Source: Candidatus Heimdallarchaeum aukensis (lineage in GTDB: Archaea > Asgardarchaeota > Heimdallarchaeia > Heimdallarchaeales > Heimdallarchaeaceae). Taken from it: 64,000 bases of DNA. The position numbers were made by a program, and so were the translations under genes. The stretch spans positions 992,001 through 1,056,000 of the forward strand of contig CP084166.1 of the NCBI GenBank assembly GCA_021513695.1, written 5' to 3'. Within the stretch, counting starts at the first letter, position 1. Every line of letters begins with the position of its first letter. The notes under the pieces are model-generated. The model saw nothing but the letters and a program-made list of their open reading frames with translations, was not told where the DNA came from and made no database searches. Below, one piece after another: positions 1-10,313 of the stretch.

Positions 1-1
1 A

Positions 2-646
2 GATGTAAAGGGTCTTTCAATCTTAGATGCTGGATGTGGAAATGGATATTTAGCTAGAAAACTAGCAAAGCTAGGAGCTAAGGTTACTGGAGTAGATTTT
101 TCAAAGAATTTTATTGATTATTGCAAAAGTAGAGAAGAGCAAGAGAAACTAGGATGCAAATTCTTTACTGCTTCGTTAGATGATTTGAGTATTTTTGATG
201 AAGAGAGTTTCGATCTAGTTGTATCAAATATAGTTTTTATCGATGTAAAAAACTATGAACAATCCTTTTCAGAGATCAGCAGAGTATTAAAACAAAATGG
301 AAGGTTTATCTGGTCAAATCTTCATCCATGTTTTGGAAGAATAAACCAATTTAACATGAAATTACCTTTTGATAATCCGAGAAATGAAGATAAAATAATT
401 ATTTTTGACCGTTATTTCGATTCTAGAGCTAAACTTATCTCGTGGGGAAAAATAAAACCTATTTGGCAATTTGAAAGAACTTTGACAGAGTATTCTAAGG
501 CTTTAAAAAATGCAGGATTTGTAATAACAGAAATAGTAGAACCTAAACCAGAAATAGAAAAAATACAGAAACACCCAAAATTTCTAGCTTTTGAATATGA
601 GAGAGCTCCAACTTTTATAATCTTTGAATGTCAAAAAATTAAATAA
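2..646 (+). CDS. Class I SAM-dependent methyltransferase, 5'-partial (runs off the window start)
   Basis: The reading frame is open from position 2. Translation gives ...GLSILDAGCGNGYLARKLAKLGAKVTGVDFS..., with the glycine-rich motif I (LDAGCGNG) and acidic motif II (VTGVDFS) of Rossmann-fold SAM methyltransferases. It continues into the listed ORF 185..646. Confidence 0.75.
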   Translation, partial: DVKGLSILDAGCGNGYLARKLAKLGAKVTGVDFSKNFIDYCKSREEQEKLGCKFFTASLDDLSIFDEESFDLVVSNIVFIDVKNYEQSFSEISRVLKQNGRFIWSNLHPCFGRINQFNMKLPFDNPRNEDKIIIFDRYFDSRAKLISWGKIKPIWQFERTLTEYSKALKNAGFVITEIVEPKPEIEKIQKHPKFLAFEYERAPTFIIFECQKIK

Positions 647-807
647 TCTTAAAACAAAGTCTTTTTTCATTTTTTTAACAGTAACTTACAACTAAATCAG
701 ATATTTTCTTCAAAATGTCCTGTGTTGCACTCTGTTTCGTTATTAGTTAAACTATTGGCGGAAAAAGGTAAAAGTAACATTAAAAAAAGTTAAACATACG
801 ATAGAAA

Positions 808-1065
808 ATGAATATGAAAATGAAAATTGTAGAATGGAAATGGACTATACTTTCTGTTTTAATTACAACAATTTCCTTAATTTTAACAATAGTTTACGGC
901 TTTCCATTTTTATTTCTAATGATTTTTCCTCCCCTATTCTTAGGAAGAAAAAAATGGAAATTTTACGAAGAAGAACTAGTTGGGCAATACTGTGAGAATT
1001 GTGGATACCAATACCAAGGTTTTGAACAATACTGCCCTATATGTGGTTTTAAGAAAAATAAATGA
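808..1065 (+). CDS. Small membrane protein with a C-terminal CxxC...CxxC zinc ribbon
   Basis: A hydrophobic N-terminal half (two predicted TM helices) is followed by CENCGYQYQGFEQYCPICGF. Confidence 0.4.
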   Translation: MNMKMKIVEWKWTILSVLITTISLILTIVYGFPFLFLMIFPPLFLGRKKWKFYEEELVGQYCENCGYQYQGFEQYCPICGFKKNK

Positions 1066-1085
1066 ATAAAAAAAAGAAGGGAGAA

Positions 1086-2231
1086 TTAAAGAATTTGTGT
1101 AATGTTTTTTTCTACCCATTCAATAGGTTGATCGAACACTTCTTCTTTTCCTGCTTTCCATGATTTTGTTTCTGTATCAAAGTTTTTGTGATAAAACCAA
1201 TAGAGCATACTGTGGATATGATCCAGATGGTAATACTCAAGTTTGTCACATATCCCCCATAATAGATTGCTAAAAGCAGATGTATATACGGGAGGTAAAT
1301 TAAGTCTCCATAAAAACCCATCTTCTAGAAGAACAAATCCTGAATCAAAGGGAACCGGTGAATCATGAAGTAATTTGTAAAGTTTAAACTTGACTTCATC
1401 TGAACAATAAGCTCTAAACATTATTAGATCAACAAATTGAACTTTAGCTCTCCTATAGCCTAATCTGTATTCTTTGATTACATTATCGTTGAGAAATTTT
1501 ATTCTGCGAGTAATTGTAGCAGGAGAAACAGAAAATTTATTTGCTAATTCAATTTTTGAAAATTCTCTAGCATCCTTTGTTAACTGACGTAGTAATAAAA
1601 GGTCGATTTCAGTTAGTTTTTCCATCACATTTTTACATTGGTGAGGTTGATAGTTGTTTTCAAAAGACATGGTTAAGAAGTGCTTAAACCAAGAACCTAG
1701 GTTTATTTTTCCATCTTCAATTTGCCAGACCCATTCTCCTTTGTCATTGTCATAAAAAGTGAAATCAGGAAAATTGCTGTGGTGATAATCTAGTGAAGGA
1801 AGAGTATTGAAGCTGTCAATTATATTGAGTTTCATTAGTTCTGTAAAAAGATCTTCCAAATATCTGTATGCAGACTGAGGAATGTTGAATTGCAAAAAAA
1901 GTCCTTGTCTACTACCAATAACCCTGTTTCTGTAACTTGTGAAATTATGAAAATCGGCAAGTTTTTCCAAGAATTTTATATTAGATAATTTATTTGATTC
2001 GACAAAAACACTGTAGGTTTTAAGACCTATTGAATCCACACAAATTCTGGCTTGAACACTTTCTAACCCAGCTTTATTTCCAACTTTTTTACCAATATAC
2101 CCTTCAGAGACTAAAATATTATAATGTGCTTTAGCTGTTTTATCTGTAATTCCTAATGCACTAGCTATTTCAGTGAAACTAGCTAATGGATTCTTCTGTA
2201 AATACTGAAATTCTTTGAAGTACGGAATCAT
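1086..2231 (-). CDS. Transcriptional regulator with two winged-HTH domains (Lrp/TrmB-like)
   Basis: There are two HTH-like segments: FTEIASALGITDKTAKAHYNILVSEGYI and LLRQLTKDAREFSKIELANKFSVSPATITRRIKFL. The ATG at 2229-2231 was checked against the sequence. Confidence 0.55.
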   Translation of the reverse strand: MIPYFKEFQYLQKNPLASFTEIASALGITDKTAKAHYNILVSEGYIGKKVGNKAGLESVQARICVDSIGLKTYSVFVESNKLSNIKFLEKLADFHNFTSYRNRVIGSRQGLFLQFNIPQSAYRYLEDLFTELMKLNIIDSFNTLPSLDYHHSNFPDFTFYDNDKGEWVWQIEDGKINLGSWFKHFLTMSFENNYQPHQCKNVMEKLTEIDLLLLRQLTKDAREFSKIELANKFSVSPATITRRIKFLNDNVIKEYRLGYRRAKVQFVDLIMFRAYCSDEVKFKLYKLLHDSPVPFDSGFVLLEDGFLWRLNLPPVYTSAFSNLLWGICDKLEYYHLDHIHSMLYWFYHKNFDTETKSWKAGKEEVFDQPIEWVEKNITQIL

Positions 2232-2281
2232 CTATTTTGTCTCCTAACAAGGTTAATAATAAAGTTGAGAAAAATTAATTT

Positions 2282-2740
2282 TTAAATAACTCTTATACCA
2301 ACGTATGGATCTCCTTCACTTCCTCCAGGGGGGTCAAAAATCATTATGTCAGTTACCGATAACCATCCATTGTTATTGGTTATGATAGAAGCTTCAACTA
2401 TATAGTCTCCAGAAACAGTAGCATGATTATAGAAAATAACTTCAAATCTTAATGATTTCAAGGAAGTAAATACGTGATACATAACTGTACTTTCTTCATT
2501 AATGGGGTTAGTTAGCGTCACTACTAAATAGTATTTTTCAGTGGTTGAACTTGTATCTACATTAACTGTTAAGTAAGTATAAATGTCAGTATCGATATAA
2601 TACGCGTCATCAATTATAATTTCATGTACATCAACAGAAAGTGTTCTCACAGATGCTGCATCTACTGCAGCGATTTGAGAAATAAAAAATAAACTAGAGA
2701 TCAAAAGCAAATATGAGAGCAATTTATATTTACTATTCAT
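2282..2740 (-). CDS. Secreted hypothetical protein (signal peptide)
   Basis: N-terminal MNSKYKLLSYLLLISSLFFISQIAAVDAAS has signal-peptide character. No recognisable catalytic motif. Confidence 0.4.
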   Translation of the reverse strand: MNSKYKLLSYLLLISSLFFISQIAAVDAASVRTLSVDVHEIIIDDAYYIDTDIYTYLTVNVDTSSTTEKYYLVVTLTNPINEESTVMYHVFTSLKSLRFEVIFYNHATVSGDYIVEASIITNNNGWLSVTDIMIFDPPGGSEGDPYVGIRVI

Positions 2741-2824
2741 ATGAAAAAGAAAGTTTTTTATTATAAAAATTTTTCCGAAAAATTTACTTTCAATTGAATA
2801 AGAAAAAAAGAAATTTCTATCTCG

Positions 2825-3625
2825 TTAGAGATAGAAGAAAACTCCGGTATCGCCATCAAATTCTTGAGGTGTATCTCCACCGTCATAAGGATAAACGGAT
2901 AGAGCACTATCAAAAGTCTCTTCCATTGAAGCTGAACCACCATATATTCCAATAAGAGTGTATTCTAAGAAGTAATAGGTCCAAGCTCCATTTTGATGAG
3001 TAGGATCATCATATCCGTATCCATCGTCGGTGCAGGTTGTGGTCATATACACCTTAGCAGCATTAGCGTTTTCCATAACTTCATTCATACCGCCACTGAA
3101 GCAGTGATCAAGGAAAATGAAGGTGTTACTTACAGATGGGGCCATCATATCTTTAAGTTCTGAGTCATAAATTAGACCATCTTCTCCATTTTGACCAGCA
3201 CTTGTGTCCCACATGCATAATGCTTGAACATAGACACGAGTCCATCTGCTTCTTCCACCAATGTTGACCTCTGTTCCATGACCTGAACTTATGAATGCTA
3301 CGATATCGTTTTCGTCAGCTTGTGCAAGTATGTTTGCCCAAGCAGTTTTTACGTTATATTCTGTGGCTAATCCATCATATTGTGGATAATTTGCAGGATT
3401 GCTATCTCCTAATAATACTATTTGATAGCCTAATCCATTTAAGTAATTATACCAATCGGTAGCATCTTCATCGCAGTATGATAAGTCGCTAATTACGTCA
3501 TAGTCGCTTATACCGATAATAAGAGCATATTTGTCAACAGGATCAACTACAGCTTTTGCTGCTGTTATTGATGTAAACAATACCATCAAACCGATAAAAC
3601 CCATAAGGATTGTTTTTCTTTTCAT
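2825..3625 (-). CDS. Secreted caspase-like (clan CD) cysteine peptidase
   Basis: A signal peptide is followed by YALIIGISDY...SSGHG...FLDHCFSGG, the His-Gly and Cys dyad arrangement typical of caspase/legumain/gingipain-type peptidases. Confidence 0.5.
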   Translation of the reverse strand: MKRKTILMGFIGLMVLFTSITAAKAVVDPVDKYALIIGISDYDVISDLSYCDEDATDWYNYLNGLGYQIVLLGDSNPANYPQYDGLATEYNVKTAWANILAQADENDIVAFISSGHGTEVNIGGRSRWTRVYVQALCMWDTSAGQNGEDGLIYDSELKDMMAPSVSNTFIFLDHCFSGGMNEVMENANAAKVYMTTTCTDDGYGYDDPTHQNGAWTYYFLEYTLIGIYGGSASMEETFDSALSVYPYDGGDTPQEFDGDTGVFFYL

Positions 3626-4033
3626 TTGTTATCACTTGGGTTAAACCCAATTAAATTCGATTTTTTTAATTAATAAAGGTTATGAAAAAAATCAGAAAAA
3701 GCAAATTAAAAATTCCGAAAAATATTATATATCTTTCTTTTTTCAATATTCTGAAGAAAATAATAAAAAAAGGTAAAGTAAGGCAAAAAAATAGAAAAAA
3801 GAAGGAAAAGTGATGTCAGAAAAAACAGAAATTAACAAATTTACATAGAAATTTTCTTATTTAGTGTAAGTAATGCAAATGAGAATTGAAATGAAACGAA
3901 GTTAAATTGTTAAATTAGCTTAAAGAACATATTTGTAAATTAATGAAGAAAGGTGTATCCGAAAAATAAAACTTTTGAAATAGTGCAAAAACGTACAGAT
4001 AAACTATTTAAACAGATTTTTTAATATTAATTT

Positions 4034-4765
4034 ATGTCTCATAATTTTCAGTTTTTAACTTGGGAAGATGTAAAGAATCTAGATAAAGAGAAAACAGTTA
4101 TACTTCTTCCTTTAGGAAGCATTGAACAACATGGACCTCAAAATCCTATAGGGACTGATTATCTTATTTCTTCATATATTGCAGAAAAGTCTTCAGAAAA
4201 AAACCCGATGGCTTACTGTTTACCTCCAATACCTGTAGGTGTTTCTTCACATCACCGTAACTTTCCTGGAACTTTATGGTTCAGTCCAGAAGTGTTTAGA
4301 TCTATAATTAAAGAAATATTTCTGGCTCTTAAACACCACGGATTCAAGAAAATTATCGTTGTAAATGGACATGGAGGAAATACTGCTTCAATAATGGAAG
4401 TTATTGGAGAATTTAATGATAAACATGATTTTGTCTCCCTATTGTTTGAGTGGTGGAAAGATGAAAAGATATTAGAAGAAGTTATAGGTCATTCACAAGT
4501 TATCCATGCAGATGAGGTAGAAACTTCTGTAATCTGGGCTGTTAATGAGGAATACGTGAAGAAAGAGAAATTTGAAAATTTGACTTCATCTCCAAAGTGG
4601 GGAAGATATATTGGTGATCTATTTCTTTCTTCTCGGACAGACCAATTCACAGAGAGTGGTATTGCTGGGGCTTTAAATAACATTTCTCGTGAGAATGGTT
4701 TGAAAATATTAGAAGAATGTATAAAGAAACTTGATAGACACATTGATCTTTTAAGTAAGTACTAA
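4034..4765 (+). CDS. Creatininase-family amidohydrolase (ArfB-like formamide hydrolase family)
   Basis: Motifs LPLGSIEQHGPQNP, VVNGHGGN and HADEVETS match the creatinine amidohydrolase fold and its metal ligands. Confidence 0.7.
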   Translation: MSHNFQFLTWEDVKNLDKEKTVILLPLGSIEQHGPQNPIGTDYLISSYIAEKSSEKNPMAYCLPPIPVGVSSHHRNFPGTLWFSPEVFRSIIKEIFLALKHHGFKKIIVVNGHGGNTASIMEVIGEFNDKHDFVSLLFEWWKDEKILEEVIGHSQVIHADEVETSVIWAVNEEYVKKEKFENLTSSPKWGRYIGDLFLSSRTDQFTESGIAGALNNISRENGLKILEECIKKLDRHIDLLSKY

Positions 4766-4912
4766 TTTTTTACTTTTTTTTAAAGGTAAATAGGATGATT
4801 CTCTTTTTCCGAAATTCGAAATTATAGGAAAAGGGGAAAAAAGAAGAGAAGAGGAAAAAAAGAAGAAGAAAGGAGAGGGGAGGAGAGAAGAGGAGTGGAG
4901 TGAAGATGAGGG

Positions 4913-4921
4913 TTTTAAATA
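4913..4921 (+). promoter_or_regulatory. Archaeal TATA box of the tnpB promoter
   Basis: ttttaaata lies about 30 bp upstream of the tnpB ATG (4951) and is preceded by a G-rich BRE-like stretch (gatgaggg). The same box, as ctataaaaacccc, sits upstream of the second tnpB. Confidence 0.4.
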
Positions 4922-4950
4922 GGGAAAAAAAGTAAGATAAATGAAAAAAA

Positions 4951-6208
4951 ATGAGGAAAAAGGTGTGGCGAACTGAGGAAATATGGGTGAAAGATTCGAT
5001 CACTCTAAAACAGTTAGCACACAAGGTAAAAAACTTGTATAATCAAGCAAATTACATTATTAAGTATCAGTTAAGAAGAAGTAAATATTTCACAAAAGAG
5101 TTTGAACTAATGAATATTTTAAGGTATCACCCCGACTTACACAGCTTTACCTGGTCATACGGCACAACAGACGATAAAGTTTCTATGTTTAGCGTGGAAA
5201 GGGTATTTTAGGTCTTTAGAAGAATGGAAAAAGGAACCAGAAAAGTTTAACGGTAAACCTCGTCCTCCAAGATATAAGAAGAAAGAGGGACTAGGTATAA
5301 TCTATTTTACTAACTCTCAAGTGAAAATTAAAGAAGAAAAAGAAAAAGAAAAGAAAAGTAAAGGTAAATTCTTTATCTCTTTTCCTAAACGTGTAGGACT
5401 AAAGATAGTTACAAGACTCGACCCTTCAACTAAAGTGAAGTTTGCCCGGCTCATACCTATGGGAACGAAGTTTAAATTAGAGATAGTTTACGAGAAAGAG
5501 ATAGAAGAGCTAAAAGAACGACCAGCAGAAAGAGTTTTAGCTCTTGTTCTGGGAGTGAATAACCTTGTAGCTGGTTTGACCACTATTCCTGGTGAAAAAG
5601 GCTTCCTGATAAATGGTCGGCCCATTAAAGCTGTTAATCAGTGGTTCAACAAACGTAAAGCAAAATTACAGTCAATCTATGACAGACAAGGGTTAACCAC
5701 TTGGGGAAGAAAAATGCTCACCCTCCAGTTAGAGCGAATGTGTAAAATAGCTGACTATTTCCATAAAGCAAGTAGAAAAATAGTAGACTACTGTTTAGAA
5801 AAAAACATTGATACAATAGTTATAGGTTATAACCCCCGATGGAAACAGAAGGTTGATATGGGTAAAAAAAATAACCAAAACTTCGTTTTTATCCCCTTCA
5901 AAACCCTCATTGATAAAATCACTTACAAAGCAGAAGAAAAAGGAATAAAAGTTATTCCTACCAAAGAATATTACACTTCTGTCTGCAGTTTCTTGGATAA
6001 TGAAGAGATAGCTTTTCACACTCATTATGCTGGTAAAAGGATCCACCGTGGACTGTTTATCAGTGCCCAAGGATTAAGAATTAACGCTGATATCAACTCT
6101 GCAGGTAATATCGGTCGCAAAGTATTCCCCACGTTATTCTCTGTTATGTCTAACTACGGGATAGTCTGGGGTGCCGTGGTTCACCCTGTCCGTTGGAAAA
6201 TAAGTTAG
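4951..6208 (+). pseudogene. tnpB: tnpB (IS605 OrfB / RNA-guided nuclease family), frameshifted and catalytically degenerate
   Basis: The N-terminal 86 aa (frame 1, 4951-5211) and the remainder (frame 2, open from 5123 to 6208) join as ...YHPDLHS|LPGHTAQQTIKFLCLAWKGYFRSLEEWKK..., which matches the TnpB region around the conserved ...lpsqsaQq...afk.ff... segment. A +1/-1 shift therefore lies near 5125-5150. The RuvC-I segment reads ALVLGVNNL where GIDLG is expected, so the Asp is lost. The RuvC-III segment NADINSAGNI is retained. Only one Cys remains in the zinc-finger region. Confidence 0.65.
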
Positions 6209-6375
6209 CAAGTTAAGTTAGTCCAGCTCTTACGCTGTTCTTTCTCTTTCTTTATTTTTCGACCGACTAAACTTACTACTTCTTCCGATTTTTAATCAAA
6301 ATCGGAATTTGGGAAAAGGTAAACCATAAAACTTAAAACACCCTTTTTTTTGCTTGCTTATCTTAAGGTGTTTAA

Positions 6376-7662
6376 ATGACTGAACAGTTGGATCTCTCTT
6401 TGGTATATACTCCTAAAGAACAATATCTTACTCTAATTGGGGTAGTTATGGCTTGGATGTTTGATGCAGCAGATTTTTTGCTGTTGACATTCTTAATTAT
6501 ACAAATTGGAGAAGATTTTGGGATAGACTCTCATACAAAGAGCTGGTTATTAGGATTGCAGTTACTGGGTACAGGATTAGGAGGATTACTTTTTGGTTAC
6601 TTAGGTGATATTTTAGGAAGAAAAAGAACTTTGATTTTTGTTATTAGTATATATAGTATTTGTACAGCAGCAACAGCTTTCGTATGGACTATTGAAGCTT
6701 TATTTGTAGTTCGGATATTAACTGGATTTGGTGTAGGAGGAGTATGGGCTTTAGGTTCAAGTCTTATTTCAGAAATATGGCCAAAAGAAAAAAGAAATGT
6801 AGGAATAGCAATAACACAAGCAGGATGGCCTTTAGGTGAACTGATCGCTGCTTTAATTGTATCATTTATTGTTCCAGTTTTTGATGCTTCACATGTTGTT
6901 GTAGGCTCAAAAGTATTGCATGGATGGAGAATGGCTTTTCTCTTTGGGGGTTTAGCACTTTTTAGTGCATTATTTATTCACCTTTTTGTTCCAGAATCAA
7001 AGGGGTGGAAGAAAAAACAATCCTTAAAATTGAAAGACAGAGGAGAAAATAATCTAGAAATAAGAGTTTTCAGGGAACTTTTCTCTAAAAGATTGTTCAA
7101 AACGTTTCTTTTAGGTTTATTATTTGGTATTACTGGAATGATGACTTTCTATTCAATAAATTCATGGCTACCTGAATATTTCCAAAGAAATGGTTTAAAA
7201 CTGAAAGATTCTGCTTTAATGATCGGTTTATTTTGGGGAACCTCTGGATATATTGGACATGTGCTTTTTGGATTTATATCAAATAAAATAGGTAGAAAAC
7301 CTACTTTTATTGGTTATACTTCTTTGGTTGTATCTTCTGGAATCATAATGTATCTCTGGGTAACTGAAACATGGGCAAAATATTTAGGTTTGGCCTTATT
7401 TACATTTGGTTGTGGATACTTCTCAAGTTTTGGTGCAGTGTTCAGCGAGATTTATCCAACTGAGGTGAGAAGCACAGCTTCATCAATCTCATATAATGGA
7501 GCTAGAGGTTTTTCATTAGTTGCACCTCCATTGGTCATTTGGGTAGGAGACGTCTTTAATAACATGGGTGCAGGCTTAATGGTTGGTGGATTCTTTGTTA
7601 TTTTAAGTTCTATAATATTGTTCTTTCTTCCAACAAAAGAAGGACAAGATATTATAGACTAA
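6376..7662 (+). CDS. MFS transporter
   Basis: About 12 predicted TM helices and the MFS loop motif GYLGDILGRKRTLIF between TM2 and TM3. Confidence 0.8.
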   Translation: MTEQLDLSLVYTPKEQYLTLIGVVMAWMFDAADFLLLTFLIIQIGEDFGIDSHTKSWLLGLQLLGTGLGGLLFGYLGDILGRKRTLIFVISIYSICTAATAFVWTIEALFVVRILTGFGVGGVWALGSSLISEIWPKEKRNVGIAITQAGWPLGELIAALIVSFIVPVFDASHVVVGSKVLHGWRMAFLFGGLALFSALFIHLFVPESKGWKKKQSLKLKDRGENNLEIRVFRELFSKRLFKTFLLGLLFGITGMMTFYSINSWLPEYFQRNGLKLKDSALMIGLFWGTSGYIGHVLFGFISNKIGRKPTFIGYTSLVVSSGIIMYLWVTETWAKYLGLALFTFGCGYFSSFGAVFSEIYPTEVRSTASSISYNGARGFSLVAPPLVIWVGDVFNNMGAGLMVGGFFVILSSIILFFLPTKEGQDIID

Positions 7663-7826
7663 TTTTTTATTTTTTAAATAACTATTAAGAGACTGTTAGG
7701 AATAATTGTATTAACTTTTTGGCATATTCGTTTAAATAGATTATTTAAGTTCAATTTAATCTCTTTTTCAAAAAACTTTGCTTAATTCAAACGAAAAAAT
7801 TCTTAAATACTTCATAGATTTTAGTC

Positions 7827-9539
7827 TTGTTGAATATGAGTACGCTAGATGAAGTTCCACAAGAATTAATTGAACAAAGATTAAGATATGAAGCATTAGG
7901 ATTAAGTATCAATACAGGAAATAAAATTGCAAGCTGGTTGAAAGTTTTGTATACTTTTTGCTTGATTATACTTTTGCCTACTTTACTATTACTATCTGAT
8001 CCATTAAAGGATAATGTCACATACATGTACCAGGCACTAGGTATTGGATTCAGAATCTTGTTAGCTTCAATGATTATTTATTTTATTTCAAAAATAGCTC
8101 CACTTCTTTATGCAGCTAAAAATGATTATAATAAATTGTTAAGTACAGTAGGCTACAATGACCCTGAAAAAAATACTAAAGATGAGGTTCAATTAGTTAG
8201 AAGGAAGTTTGTTATCGATTACATTTACTTAATATCTTTAATATCTGTTCTTCTAAGCGTGTTTGTAGTTAATAACAGAAACAATATTGCTTTTATTATA
8301 GGTCATGAAGTAATTGTTTTTGTTATTCTTGTTGGATTAATTCTAATTTGGAAATTTTGGTTGTATAAAGATTCTACAAAAGTGCCCTTTTTAGGAGGAC
8401 GGTTACTCGTTTTGTCTTTCATTCCTTTAGTAACCGTTTGGGGAATTGAAATATTTATAGAATTTTTCAGTACTCTATCAAAACCAAGATTTGATTTTAA
8501 CAGGCTACAATTAACTTATTCATTAGTTTATCCAATTGTCTTCATTTTGATATCAGTTGCTGTTTTAATTTCTACAAAGAAAACAAAAAGAGAAAAGCTA
8601 GCATTAAGAAAAGAGAAAGATTATGAAATTACTCGTAAGTCAAAGTTTATTGAAGATAAAAATGTATTAAGCAAAGCCTTTTTCAAAATTGAAACAACAA
8701 TATACAAGATAAAGTCAACTTTTCGAAAAGAAATGGACGAACAGAAACTTGAGAAAAAACTGGATAAAAAACCAAGTTATATACTAGTCCAAAGTATTTG
8801 GATTGCATTGATTCTTTCCTTTATACCTCTTTCAATTCTGATATCATGGAACCTTTTCCCGCATGATGGAATCTTTATGATTGTTTCTGTTATAACAGCA
8901 TATGTTTATTCAATGGTTAAATATCATCGCTATGACATAGATGTAATAGGATATATAGAGAAAAAAGCAGAAAAAGAACCTCCATTACTCAGAAAACCAG
9001 AAATTTCTTCACAACTATTTCAATCTCTCTCATTAGTTAGTGTAGTATTTATTGTAGCAATTATGATCGTAGGACCTATTATTACAAAAGGAGATTACTC
9101 TGGTTTTAACGGAATGATTGTTACTGCATTCTCCTGGATCAGTGTTATTCTTTCGTTTCCTCTTTCTATTAGACTTATGTACTTCTTGAAACAAGGATTT
9201 GATGAAACTAGAAGAAAAGAAGATACTGCACTTCCTCTACAAACTCTTCTACCTATATTAATAATGGAACTTGCATTAGTAATCGGAATGTTTGCAGCAC
9301 ACATTTATGTGCCAAATTTTGGGATACAATTTCTAGCTAACATCTCTTTCTACTTGATTTTATTAATTATATTCTTAGTTCTAGTTATTCCTATTTCATA
9401 CATTCTTGTAGTACCATTTGCAAAAGATGATAAACAATACCAAATTATTACAATAGGTTTCTATGCTTTGCTATTCTGTTCTATTATGGGTTCATTTGTT
9501 TGGTTTATTTTTGATGTTATAATAGGACAATTTTCTTAA
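7827..9539 (+). CDS. Polytopic membrane protein, function unknown
   Basis: Hydrophobic segments run along the whole 570 aa. No catalytic motif recognised. Confidence 0.45.
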   Translation: MLNMSTLDEVPQELIEQRLRYEALGLSINTGNKIASWLKVLYTFCLIILLPTLLLLSDPLKDNVTYMYQALGIGFRILLASMIIYFISKIAPLLYAAKNDYNKLLSTVGYNDPEKNTKDEVQLVRRKFVIDYIYLISLISVLLSVFVVNNRNNIAFIIGHEVIVFVILVGLILIWKFWLYKDSTKVPFLGGRLLVLSFIPLVTVWGIEIFIEFFSTLSKPRFDFNRLQLTYSLVYPIVFILISVAVLISTKKTKREKLALRKEKDYEITRKSKFIEDKNVLSKAFFKIETTIYKIKSTFRKEMDEQKLEKKLDKKPSYILVQSIWIALILSFIPLSILISWNLFPHDGIFMIVSVITAYVYSMVKYHRYDIDVIGYIEKKAEKEPPLLRKPEISSQLFQSLSLVSVVFIVAIMIVGPIITKGDYSGFNGMIVTAFSWISVILSFPLSIRLMYFLKQGFDETRRKEDTALPLQTLLPILIMELALVIGMFAAHIYVPNFGIQFLANISFYLILLIIFLVLVIPISYILVVPFAKDDKQYQIITIGFYALLFCSIMGSFVWFIFDVIIGQFS

Positions 9540-9563
9540 CTTTCTCTTTTTTTTGTGATTTGA

Positions 9564-10313
9564 ATGACCTATATGATAAAGACACTAAATTTGACAAAAT
9601 CATTCAAAGAAAAAGTAGCTGTAAATAACATGAACTTACTTGTACCAAAAGGTACTATATATGCTCTTCTTGGACCTAATGGGGCAGGAAAAACAACCAC
9701 TATTCGTTTACTTTTAGGTTTGTTAAAACCTGATTATGGAAAAATCGAAATAAATAACATTGATGTTGTATCACAACCTAAGGAAATAAGAGGAAAAATA
9801 GCCCTATTGCCCCAAATATCTGCTGCATACCATGATCTGACTCCAATGCAAAATATAAAATTCATACTTGAGTTAAATAATATTCAGTTTGATGAGGTAA
9901 AAGCGGAATTAAACTATTATTTGAGAAGGTTAGAAATAACAGCTGATCTTCTTCTAAAACCTTTCTCCAAACTATCAGGAGGAGAACAAAGAGCTATTTC
10001 TTTTATCATGACCATTATACTAAATAAAGACTTTCTTATCCTAGATGAACCTACAAGTGGGCTCGATATCTCTAGAGGAAAATATGTTCGCGAAATAATT
10101 CTTGATCTCGCGAAAAAAGGAAAAACGATAATGTTATCTTCCCATATTATCTCAGATTTGGAAGAACTGGCAGAGTATTGCGGTATAATGAAAAATGGTT
10201 TTCTCACTTTCCAAGATAAAAAAGAGAAGCTTATAGAGAAGTATGCTCCGAACACTGAAGATTTCGAAGAAGCTATTATACAAGCATTTAGAGCTCCTAT
10301 AAACGGTGAATAA
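9564..10313 (+). CDS. ABC transporter ATP-binding protein
   Basis: Walker A LLGPNGAGKTTT, ABC signature LSGGEQRA, Walker B ILDEPTSGLD and an H-loop SSH. Confidence 0.85.
   Translation: MTYMIKTLNLTKSFKEKVAVNNMNLLVPKGTIYALLGPNGAGKTTTIRLLLGLLKPDYGKIEINNIDVVSQPKEIRGKIALLPQISAAYHDLTPMQNIKFILELNNIQFDEVKAELNYYLRRLEITADLLLKPFSKLSGGEQRAISFIMTIILNKDFLILDEPTSGLDISRGKYVREIILDLAKKGKTIMLSSHIISDLEELAEYCGIMKNGFLTFQDKKEKLIEKYAPNTEDFEEAIIQAFRAPINGE

Larger units (their letters stand above)
4770..6375 (+). mobile_element. IS200/IS605-family TnpB-only element with a purine-rich leader, TATA box, a degenerate tnpB and a 3' flank with a hairpin
   Basis: A purine-rich tract at 4800-4910 precedes the box ttttaaata at 4913-4921. 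The tnpB reading frame covers 4951-6208. The 3' flank hairpin ccgattt-ttaatcaa-aatcgg lies near 6285-6306, where a TnpB guide RNA/right end would be expected. The leader is homologous to the one upstream of the second tnpB at 32.8 kb. Confidence 0.6.

Noticed and set aside
1112-1321. 69-aa ORF nested on the same strand inside the HTH regulator gene
   Set aside because: It lies fully inside a longer, better-supported CDS in another frame and has a hydrophobic, low-complexity composition typical of AT-rich spurious ORFs.
4770-5024. 84-aa minus-strand ORF rich in F/L/S
   Set aside because: It is the antisense reading of the purine-rich tnpB leader and the tnpB 5' end, so it is a low-complexity artefact.
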